A DNA stretch of 64,000 nucleotides from Candidatus Pacearchaeota archaeon (lineage in GTDB: Archaea; Nanobdellota; Nanobdellia; Pacearchaeales; GW2011-AR1): positions 8,876 to 72,875 of the forward strand of contig JAVZZP010000001.1 of NCBI GenBank assembly GCA_038885615.1, written 5' to 3'. The notes under the pieces were generated by a model. It was not told where the DNA came from and did not search any database. It was given only the letters and a program-made list of their open reading frames with translations. Below, piece after piece: positions 34,554-42,588 of the stretch (position 1 is the stretch's first letter; the number at the start of each line of letters is the position of its first letter). The position numbers were made by a program, and so were the translations under genes.

Positions 34554-36413
34554 ATGGGTGATGGATATGTTTCTTTTTACAGCGGGGGATATTCTTCTTT
34601 AAGACCTGATTATCCTGGAACCTATGGAAACTTTTTAGGTTACAGAATGGATGGCAGCAGTTTAAGTTCTACAACATCAATTCAATCGGCAAACCAAGTT
34701 AGCGAGGTACTTTCAAGAATAAGAGAAGGTGTAAAAAATGTTGAGTTGAGCCCAATAAGTATGCAGTTAATGGACAGCATTCCAAAACAGCAATTTAAAG
34801 AAATTCATGCTATAATGAAACTTACCGGAGTAAAGCCGAGCGTTCATGCTCCGATTGAGGATCCTGCGGGTTTTGGAGAAAGAGGTTATGAAGGAGAACT
34901 AGCAAGAAAAGAAGTAGAAAGAAAATTTTTGTCTGTTTTAGAAAGAGCAAAAGAAGTTTCTCCAGATGAGCCATTGCCTGTTGTTTTTCATTCTTCAGCA
35001 AGAGTTCCAGGACCAAATTTTATTCCTGGCGATGAAAAAAAAGGCGAGAAAAAATTTAAGGTTGTTGAAGATTTTTTGGTAAATAAAGAAACTGGACAAA
35101 TTGTCCCCATAAAAGAAGAAAGAAAATATTATCCTTATGAATATGAAGAGGGAAAATTTTCTGTTCCATTAAAGCAAAATAAACCTCTCGAAGAACAAGG
35201 TGTTGTTTATGATATAAACGACCAAATAAAAATGATTAATTTAACAGAATGGGACAACAAACTAAGAGAAATTGCTATGCTTGAAAAAGAAGCTGAGGAT
35301 AATTTAAGAAAAGCTGCTGAAACAGGCTCTTTTAATTTATACAAGGCGGAAGAAATTCCAGAAGAGTTTAAAATAAAGGCAGAGAGCTATGCTGAAAGAG
35401 CTAAACTTTTTTTAAGAGATGCTGAATTAGCTTTTAAATCTGCTTTTGATAAAGCATATGAATACGGAACAGAAGAACAAAGAAAAAAATTATATGAAAT
35501 GGCTAATGAATGGAAAAAAGAAGAAGAAAAATTATTAGAAAAATACAATAAAAGAACAAAAAACAAAGAAGAAATAGATGGGCTTTCTAAAATTGATTTA
35601 ATAAATAAGAGGGTTTCGCAGTTAAAAGAGTTTGTTAATACAACTCCTCCGGAGGTTTTTGTGCCTGCTGAACAGTTTGCTTTAGAAAAATCAGCCCAAA
35701 CTTTCGGAAATGTTGCTTGGGAAGGTTACAAAAGATGGAAAGATAAGGCACCAATTATCGCAATAGAAAATCTGTATCCTGGAATGGCTTTTTCTAGGGC
35801 AGATGATGTAAAAAAATTAGTAGAGCAAGCAAGAAAGACTTTTGTTGAAAATGCAAAAAAGCATGGTGTCTCTGAGAAAGATGCAAGAAAAAAAGCAGAA
35901 CAATTTATCGGAGTTACATGGGATGTTGGCCATCTAAATATAATGAAAAAACAGGGTTTTACAGATAAAGACATAGTAGAAGAAACAAAAAAAATAAAGG
36001 ACTTAGTTAAGCATGTTCATTTAACAGATAATTTCGGTTATGGAGATACGCACTTAGCTCCTGGGATGGGAAATGTTCCTTTTAAAGAGATTCTTAAAGA
36101 GCTTGAAAAAAACGGGCAATTTAAAGAAATGAAAAAAGTTATTGAAGCAGGTGCTTTGACAAATCCACAAATGGGGCTAAAAATATCTCCTCTAAAAGCG
36201 GCTTTGAATGCTTTTGGGCCGCAAGTTTATTCTGGTGGCGGCTATTGGAATCAAGTTGGAGAAACAATGGGAAGTTATTTTGGTTTTCCTCTGGCTTATA
36301 TGCCTGAAAAACATTTTTCTACATACGGAACTGGCTTTTCAGCTTTGCCAGAAGAACTTGGCGGCCAAATTCCAGGAACTCAATCAAGGTTTAGTGGGAC
36401 ACCGAATGCCTGA
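34554..36413 (+). CDS. Xylose-isomerase-like TIM-barrel (AP endonuclease 2/Nfo-like fold) protein with a large coiled-coil insertion and Tyr/Gly-rich termini
   Basis: The first half has VHAPIEDP and VVFHSS. The second half has IAIENLYPG, WDVGHLN and HVHLTDNFGYGDTHLAPGMGNVPF. About 230 aa of K/E-rich sequence lies between the halves. Confidence 0.6.
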   Translation: MGDGYVSFYSGGYSSLRPDYPGTYGNFLGYRMDGSSLSSTTSIQSANQVSEVLSRIREGVKNVELSPISMQLMDSIPKQQFKEIHAIMKLTGVKPSVHAPIEDPAGFGERGYEGELARKEVERKFLSVLERAKEVSPDEPLPVVFHSSARVPGPNFIPGDEKKGEKKFKVVEDFLVNKETGQIVPIKEERKYYPYEYEEGKFSVPLKQNKPLEEQGVVYDINDQIKMINLTEWDNKLREIAMLEKEAEDNLRKAAETGSFNLYKAEEIPEEFKIKAESYAERAKLFLRDAELAFKSAFDKAYEYGTEEQRKKLYEMANEWKKEEEKLLEKYNKRTKNKEEIDGLSKIDLINKRVSQLKEFVNTTPPEVFVPAEQFALEKSAQTFGNVAWEGYKRWKDKAPIIAIENLYPGMAFSRADDVKKLVEQARKTFVENAKKHGVSEKDARKKAEQFIGVTWDVGHLNIMKKQGFTDKDIVEETKKIKDLVKHVHLTDNFGYGDTHLAPGMGNVPFKEILKELEKNGQFKEMKKVIEAGALTNPQMGLKISPLKAALNAFGPQVYSGGGYWNQVGETMGSYFGFPLAYMPEKHFSTYGTGFSALPEELGGQIPGTQSRFSGTPNA

Positions 36414-36454
36414 AAGAAATTCATTAAGCATTCAATTTTGATATCGTTAATACT

Positions 36455-36620
36455 ATAAAAGTTCTTTTTCCGGGATGTTAGTTTCAATAAGCTGGCGGGC
36501 TACGGCGGACTTCTTGGTTGCTTCGCTCCTTTCTGTCTTGCCACGCTGCACTCTCGCCTCGCTAGGTTCGTTAAACAGCGATAAGAGGAAAAATCCGTTT
36601 AAATCCGCAAAAAAACTTCT
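36455..36620. other. GC-rich island: candidate ncRNA or remnant of a foreign or short ORF
   Basis: About 130 nt of much higher GC than the surroundings (GCTGGCGGGCTACGGCGGACTTCTTGG...CTCTCGCCTCGCTAGG). The plus strand is pyrimidine-rich. See the finding. Confidence 0.3.
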
Positions 36621-36672
36621 TTTAACTTTCAAAATGCTTAAATTTATAAAACCAAAACTCCATTAAATAAAA

Positions 36673-37539
36673 ATGGCGAAAAGAAAAAAAGAGGTGAAAG
36701 AGAAGCAAGAGGAAAAACCTCAAAATAAAAATTCTCCTGTAAATCCTACTTTAATGTTGGCGACGGACAGAGAAATTGCTCTTGATTTTGCTACAAAAGT
36801 TTATAAAAAATTTGAGACAATGATAAAAGCAATAGTTCTTTTTGGAAGTTCTGCTAAAAAAGTTTCCTTGCCTTCTTCAGATATAGATATTATAATAATT
36901 ATAGACGATGTTTCAATAAGGTGGGACATGGAGCTGGTTGCTTATTATAGAGAAGAACTTGGAAAATTAATTACGGCAAATCCTTACAAAAAATCTCTTC
37001 ATATAAATACTGTTAAGCTTTCAACATGGTGGGACGATTTATTAAGAGGAGATCCAATTTTAATAAATGTTATTCGCTACGGAGATCCATTAATTGATGT
37101 TGGCGGTTTTTTTTCTCCTCTAAAAGTTTTGCTTCAAGAAGGAAAGATAAGACCAACACCTGAAGCTGTTTATAGCTTGCTTAATAGAGCTCCGACTCAT
37201 TTAATGAGGGCGAAATGGATGCTTTTCAATATTGTTGAAGCATTGTATTGGTGTTGCGTGGATTCTGCTCATGCGGCATTAATTTCTGCTGATGAAGAAC
37301 CTGCCTCTCCCGAGCATATTTATGATTTATTGGTTGAAAAATTTGTAAAGAGGGGTTTTATAAAATCAAAAATTGCTGATTACTATAAAGAACTTTTTGA
37401 GATGTACAAGGGAATCTCTCATGGGGTAATAAAAGAAATTAAGTCTGGAGTTATTGATGACTTTTTTTACAAAGCAGATGTTTTTTTAGGAGAAATGGCT
37501 CGTTTAGTTGATGAGATAGTAGAAAAAAGAAAAGATTAG
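36673..37539 (+). CDS. Nucleotidyltransferase-domain protein with a helical C-terminal domain
   Basis: Minimal NTase motif LFGSSAKK...SDIDIIIIID. The ATG lies 24 nt after a TATA box at 36642-36649. Confidence 0.7.
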   Translation: MAKRKKEVKEKQEEKPQNKNSPVNPTLMLATDREIALDFATKVYKKFETMIKAIVLFGSSAKKVSLPSSDIDIIIIIDDVSIRWDMELVAYYREELGKLITANPYKKSLHINTVKLSTWWDDLLRGDPILINVIRYGDPLIDVGGFFSPLKVLLQEGKIRPTPEAVYSLLNRAPTHLMRAKWMLFNIVEALYWCCVDSAHAALISADEEPASPEHIYDLLVEKFVKRGFIKSKIADYYKELFEMYKGISHGVIKEIKSGVIDDFFYKADVFLGEMARLVDEIVEKRKD

Positions 37540-37567
37540 TTTTTTATCAGCTGACTCCTTTTTTCTC

Positions 37568-38527
37568 TTAACTGGATTTAGAACGATCTTCTCCTTTTCC
37601 TGATTCTTCTTTCTTCTTCCTTTGTTCTTCAATTGTACTATAAGCTACACCCATTACATCTCTCACTAGTTTAGGTATTACTTGAGAAGCAGTCGCTCCT
37701 TGCTTGTATTTTTCTGCAAATTCTTCTTGTTTCTTCTTGAAAGTTTCTTCAAATTCTGCTTGTTCTTCTAGTGTTAAATAACCGCCTTTTTCTTGTAATC
37801 TCTTCTGCAATGCCTCTTGTATTTCTTTTTGAAGTTTTTCTTGTTCTTGAGAGAATTCTTGAGATAACCTATTTCCAATAGTTATGCTCTCAGCTAGGTA
37901 TTTTTGTGTTGAGCCATAAGCTGATATTGCTTCAAATGCCCTTCTTTTTGCTATTAATTGGTCTGCCTTAAGAATTTCTTTTGATAAAGAACTCCAAAAA
38001 GTTCTGCTACTCTCATCTAAGCCTTCAAACCTTTTCTCTAAGTATTGTTCCGGGTCATTTTTTATATCTGTGGAAACATCTTGAAATCTTGTTACTGCTT
38101 GAGCTGCTTTTTTGTAATGTTCTGAAGAATCATCAGTATAAAAACCAGGATAAGTTAAACTTAAACTTAAAGCTGTTTCATTGTCTAAAAGCCCTGTTAG
38201 ACCGCCAATGTTTTTTAAGCTATTTTTAAACAAACCATCAGAAACCAAAGAAACCAGCGTTTTATATGTTTGTGAGGCAAATTGTGCTGGTCCCTCTTTG
38301 ATTGTAGGATCGTTAACAATAGAATAAAATTTATTGCGACCCTCTTTTGTGCTTAAATCAAGTTCTTGAAGATCTCTTAAAGCCGTAAAAGTATCATAAA
38401 AATAATCTGGAGACCATTTATCTCCTTCTGTTGGAAGTTTATAATTTATGTTCGCAAGTTTTTCAGGAGTTGTTTTAAGTTTATATTTTTCATCTTTCTC
38501 AGCTTGTGGTTTTTTATCGTCTGCCAT
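37568..38527 (-). CDS. Hypothetical 319-aa soluble protein
   Basis: ORF track. No family recognised. C-terminal coiled coil (QEQEKLQKEIQEALQKRLQE). Confidence 0.5.
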   Translation of the reverse strand: MADDKKPQAEKDEKYKLKTTPEKLANINYKLPTEGDKWSPDYFYDTFTALRDLQELDLSTKEGRNKFYSIVNDPTIKEGPAQFASQTYKTLVSLVSDGLFKNSLKNIGGLTGLLDNETALSLSLTYPGFYTDDSSEHYKKAAQAVTRFQDVSTDIKNDPEQYLEKRFEGLDESSRTFWSSLSKEILKADQLIAKRRAFEAISAYGSTQKYLAESITIGNRLSQEFSQEQEKLQKEIQEALQKRLQEKGGYLTLEEQAEFEETFKKKQEEFAEKYKQGATASQVIPKLVRDVMGVAYSTIEEQRKKKEESGKGEDRSKSS

Positions 38528-38663
38528 TTTAACCTCACAATTTATATAAGAAATACCACTTTATAAATCTTTTGTTTTGTTACTACTTATTAGTTTATAT
38601 AAAAAAAAGAGATATAATCACAAAATAGATTACCTTTAAAAATGTTGGCTTATATTTTTTCTT

Positions 38664-38999
38664 ATGGATAACAAATCAAAAAAAAACGAAGAAAGTGAAA
38701 ATCAAGAATTCATCCCTACAAGAGTTCGTCTTCCAAAGGGAAAAGAAAAGATTGGTTTGATAACACAAAGATTAGGTGCTGGAAGAATGTATGTTGCCTG
38801 CATGGATGGAAAAACAAGAAATTGCCGAGTTCCGGGGAGATTTAAAAGAGATTTTTGGCTAAGAGAAGGAGATGTTGTTTTAGTAGAACCTTGGGAATTT
38901 GATGACGACAAGGCAGATATTATATTTAAGTATACAAAAGGAGAAACTGAAAAACTAAAAAGAGAAGGTCACTTCAAACAGCCAGAAAACGAATTTTAG
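38664..38999 (+). CDS. eif1a: Translation initiation factor 1A (aIF1A)
   Basis: S1/OB core GLITQRLGAGRMYVACMDGKTRNCRVPGRFKRDFWLREGDVVLVEPWEF. Confidence 0.9.
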   Translation: MDNKSKKNEESENQEFIPTRVRLPKGKEKIGLITQRLGAGRMYVACMDGKTRNCRVPGRFKRDFWLREGDVVLVEPWEFDDDKADIIFKYTKGETEKLKREGHFKQPENEF

Positions 39000-39001
39000 T
39001 G

Positions 39002-39529
39002 ATGGTTAGAAAATTCTTTTTTGAGAATGAAAAAAAAATAAGAAAAGCTCTTCCTATAATAAAAGAAAAAATAAAAATTCGTCTTTTCTTAAAAGGTAAA
39101 ATAGTTTTTATAAAAGGCGATGAGTACACAGAGTTTATGGTTGAAAAAATTCTTTCTGCAATTGATTTTGGTTTTGAAATAGAAGATGCCTTGCTTATAA
39201 TGAAAGACTACTCTTTTAACACAATAAACATAAAAGATTACACAAAAAGAAAAAATCTTGAAGAAATAAGAGGAAGAATCATAGGAAAAAAAGGAAGGGC
39301 TATAAAAATTATTGAGAACATAAGCGGAGCAAAAATTATTCTAAAAAGAAATAAGGTAGGCATAATAGCGGACAACGAACATATTGAAGAAACAGAAGAA
39401 TCAATAAAATCTTTGATAAAGGGCTCTAAGCACGGGAATGTCTTTTCTTTTCTAGAAAGAAGAAATACAGAACTTAAAAAACCCGAATCAGATCTTGGAT
39501 TAAGAAAACCGAATAAAAAATTTCAATAA
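39002..39529 (+). CDS. KH-domain RNA-binding protein (aDim2/Pno1-like)
   Basis: IIGKKGRAIKIIENISGAKIIL is a GxxG KH motif. Conserved position after aIF1A. ATG at 39002. Confidence 0.75.
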   Translation: MVRKFFFENEKKIRKALPIIKEKIKIRLFLKGKIVFIKGDEYTEFMVEKILSAIDFGFEIEDALLIMKDYSFNTINIKDYTKRKNLEEIRGRIIGKKGRAIKIIENISGAKIILKRNKVGIIADNEHIEETEESIKSLIKGSKHGNVFSFLERRNTELKKPESDLGLRKPNKKFQ

Positions 39530-39561
39530 GTTTAAAAATTATCTTTTTTTAAAATTTTTAT

Positions 39562-39634
39562 GTCCCGGTAGCTCAGCAGGTAGAGCATGCGGCTGTTAAC
39601 CGCAGGGTCAGAGGTTCGAGTCCTCTCCGGGACG
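39562..39634 (+). tRNA. tRNA-Asn (GTT)
   Basis: Acceptor GTCCCGG/CCGGGAC, anticodon arm TGCGG-CTGTTAA-CCGCA, T arm AGAGG-TTCGAGT-CCTCT. Confidence 0.9.
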
Positions 39635-39672
39635 CTCAAAAATCTTTTAAAGAAGAAAAATTCTTATATCTA

Positions 39673-40845
39673 ATGGCAGAATATTCACATTCTAAGATTT
39701 CTACTTTTGAGCAATGTCCAAAAAAATACAAGTTTCAGTACATCGACAAAATAGAGCCAGATATAGAAACAACAATAGAGGCCTTCATGGGAGATCTGGT
39801 CCATAGAACATTGGAAAAGCTTTACAAAGATAGATACTTTCAAAAAGAAAATACAAAAAAAGATTTGATAGATTTTTACAACAAACTTTGGAAAGAAGAA
39901 TTCAGTAAAGAAATAATTATTGTAAAAAAAGATTTTAACGAAGAAAATTACCGTAAAATGGGAGAAAAGTTTATTTCTGACTACTATGATAGATTTTACC
40001 CTTTTGACCAACTTACAATTATAGGAATAGAAACAAAAGACAAAATGTTGTTGCCGGACGGAAATAGGTGGCATGTAAGAATAGACAAACTTGCTTGTGA
40101 TAAAGAAGGAAATTATTATGTTTGCGACTACAAAACAAATTCTAAAATGAAACTACAAGAAGAAGCAGATTCTGACAGACAATTAGCCATGTACTCTATT
40201 TGGGTGAGAGACAAATTTAAGGATGCAAAATCAGTAAAACTTGTTTGGCACATGCTTGCTTTTAACAAAGATGTTTTTTCTGAAAGAACAGAAAAACAAC
40301 TAAAAAAACTCCAAGAAGAAGTTATGTCAATAATAAAAAGAATTGAAAAAGAAAAAGAATTCCCGACAAATCCAAGTCCTCTTTGTGAATATTGCGGTTA
40401 TAGGAATATTTGTCCTTCTTTTAAACACATGGTTGAGCTTGAAGCAAAAGAAGAAACAAAAGGGTTTAAAGAAGACGAAGGTGTTAAGATAGTAAACAAA
40501 CTCGCAGAAATAAAAATAAAAAAAGCAGAACTTGAAGAAGAGGAAGAAAAACTTAAATCAGAGCTTATAGATTTTGCCAAGCAAAAAGGAATAGATGTTG
40601 TTTATGGAAGCAACTCAAAGGCATCGCTTAAAAATTACAAAAAAGTTGTTCTTCCAGAAAAAAAAGAAGAAATAATTAGTTTGCTAAAGAAAAAAAATCT
40701 ATGGGAAGAATTTTCAACATTAAACTATTCAAAGTTTAATTCTGCAGCAATAAAGCATGAACTTGACGATGAAATAATTAAAAAAATTTCTTTTGAAGAT
40801 GACTGGAGAATTTTTTTAAGCAAAAGAAAAGACAGAGAAGACTAA
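39673..40845 (+). CDS. PD-(D/E)XK nuclease (Cas4/RecB-like, Fe-S Cys cluster) with a ~130-aa C-terminal extension
   Basis: YSHSKISTFEQCPKKYKFQYI ... IDKL..D...YYVCDYKT ... QLAMYS ... CEYCGYRNICPSF. Confidence 0.75.
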   Translation: MAEYSHSKISTFEQCPKKYKFQYIDKIEPDIETTIEAFMGDLVHRTLEKLYKDRYFQKENTKKDLIDFYNKLWKEEFSKEIIIVKKDFNEENYRKMGEKFISDYYDRFYPFDQLTIIGIETKDKMLLPDGNRWHVRIDKLACDKEGNYYVCDYKTNSKMKLQEEADSDRQLAMYSIWVRDKFKDAKSVKLVWHMLAFNKDVFSERTEKQLKKLQEEVMSIIKRIEKEKEFPTNPSPLCEYCGYRNICPSFKHMVELEAKEETKGFKEDEGVKIVNKLAEIKIKKAELEEEEEKLKSELIDFAKQKGIDVVYGSNSKASLKNYKKVVLPEKKEEIISLLKKKNLWEEFSTLNYSKFNSAAIKHELDDEIIKKISFEDDWRIFLSKRKDRED

Positions 40846-41198
40846 GCTCCACAAAGAGCAGGAAAATCCCCAATTTTATCTACTGTTCTCCCAAAACTAT
40901 AATTGCATCTTCTGCCACAGCTACACCCTGGAATTTGGCCTTCTCCCCTCTCCACTCTATACTGACAATTTAAAGCCAAACTTCTCTCAGAAGAAAGCTT
41001 CATATGATATTCCCATGCTCTTATATTTTCTTCGTGTTTTTCTTTATGTTTTAAATTTTGATAGATTTGCTTTAACTGCTCTAATAAAACAGGGTTATCT
41101 CCAAGTAAAAAGGGTCTTGAAGAAGATCTGAAAATATCTTTTTCTTTTAAATTATTAACTTCGGCTCTTTCGCCACAATAAGACTCATCATTGTGCAT
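40842..41198 (-). CDS. Hypothetical Cys-rich small protein
   Basis: ORF track only. It fills the gap between the nuclease and elp3. PGCSCGRRCNYSFG...ALCGA. No family recognised. Confidence 0.35.
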   Translation of the reverse strand: MHNDESYCGERAEVNNLKEKDIFRSSSRPFLLGDNPVLLEQLKQIYQNLKHKEKHEENIRAWEYHMKLSSERSLALNCQYRVERGEGQIPGCSCGRRCNYSFGRTVDKIGDFPALCGA

Positions 41199-41228
41199 AT
41201 TATTTTACTTGAAAAATCCTTTATAAAG

Positions 41229-42584
41229 TTATATTTTCTTTTCCATATAAATTTTTTCTTTGTCTAAACAATAGCCAAGTTTCCTATAGTACTCTCTAAC
41301 ACCAACACCCGAGATTATTTTTATCTTATTTATTTTTCTACTCTTGCATATTTTTTCTGCTTCTTCCAGCAATTTTCTACCAAGGCCCTTGTGCTGAACT
41401 TTATCGCTTTCTTTTTTCCCTATTTCAATTGAGGGCCCATAAACATGCAATTCTCGCACCAAACCAACTTTTTCTTTTTTTAAAAACCTTAATCTTAAAA
41501 GAGCAAAAAGAATATCTTTTTTATTAACAAACTCTAAAAAGTATTCATCCTCACCGGAAGCTAAATATTTTGTTTTTTTTAATCTTAAATTAATATCAAT
41601 TTCTCCACCATCTCTTAAAGAAAAACCAATCTCTCTAAAACGAATTTCTTTAATTCTTATATTTTTTTTGCGAATTTCTTCCTCTATTTCTTTTCTTAAA
41701 TCCAAACTGAAAATACCTGCAGTTAAGTAACTCTTAGGAATTTCTCTCATTATTCTCATAACTCTGCAATAACGAGGAACAATTTTTAAAATTCTGATTA
41801 GCAATTCCTTCGTTTGTTCTTTTGTGTAAGGAATAAATTTTTTTTGATAAAACCATTCTTCTAAAATCGCACCTTTAACAACCTGACAAGGATAAATCTT
41901 TATTTGGTCTGGCCTGAACTTCGAATCTGAAAAAATTTTTTTTATTATTTTAAAATCTTTTTTTGGATTACTCCCAGGACAACCTGGCATTAAGTGATAA
42001 CCAACCTTGAAGGCTGCATTCTTCAGTCTTCTAGTTGCTTCAATAACATCTTTAACACTATGGCCTCTTTTTGTTATTTTGTATATTTTGTCGTCTGGCA
42101 ATTGAACACCAAGCTCAACTCTTGTAGCACCATAAAAAAGCATTTTTTTTATTTCTTTTTCAGAACATACATCTGGACGAGTTTCTATGCATAAAGCAAC
42201 ACAACGGTGTTTTGCAGTTTCATTAATTTTTTTCGCTTCCTCCAAGTTCTTACTTTCTTTCTCATTCAGAGCATCAAAACAATCTTTAATAAAATTATAC
42301 TGAAATTCTTCAGGATATTGTAAAAATGTTCCACCCATTATTATCAATTCTATTTTTTCTGTTGGGTGCCCCATATTCTCTAACATTTTTATTCTTTCAG
42401 AAACCTGCTTTTTTGGTTCGTAATTCAGAGAAGACGCTCTTAAAACAGCAGGGCTTTGCGGAGTGTAACTTTGTGGAGAATTTAAACTGGGACAATAAAC
42501 GCAGGCCCCGTGATTACACTTTCTTGGTGGAAGCATTACTGCAACAGGAGTAACACCTGAAATTGTCCTCGTCGGTTTTCTCAT
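41229..42584 (-). CDS. elp3: Elp3-type radical SAM/GNAT tRNA modification enzyme
   Basis: RTISGVTPVAVMLPPRKCNHGACVYCP radical SAM start, and the C-terminal GNAT motif HKGLGRKLLEEAEKI. Confidence 0.85.
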   Translation of the reverse strand: MRKPTRTISGVTPVAVMLPPRKCNHGACVYCPSLNSPQSYTPQSPAVLRASSLNYEPKKQVSERIKMLENMGHPTEKIELIIMGGTFLQYPEEFQYNFIKDCFDALNEKESKNLEEAKKINETAKHRCVALCIETRPDVCSEKEIKKMLFYGATRVELGVQLPDDKIYKITKRGHSVKDVIEATRRLKNAAFKVGYHLMPGCPGSNPKKDFKIIKKIFSDSKFRPDQIKIYPCQVVKGAILEEWFYQKKFIPYTKEQTKELLIRILKIVPRYCRVMRIMREIPKSYLTAGIFSLDLRKEIEEEIRKKNIRIKEIRFREIGFSLRDGGEIDINLRLKKTKYLASGEDEYFLEFVNKKDILFALLRLRFLKKEKVGLVRELHVYGPSIEIGKKESDKVQHKGLGRKLLEEAEKICKSRKINKIKIISGVGVREYYRKLGYCLDKEKIYMEKKI

Positions 42585-42588
42585 ATTT

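Noticed and set aside
36475-36666. 63-aa plus-strand ORF across the GC-rich island.
   Set aside because: Its sequence (MLVSISWRATADFLVASLLSVLPRCTLASLGS...) has no motif and runs into the promoter of the next gene. The island is treated as a candidate ncRNA or gene remnant instead.
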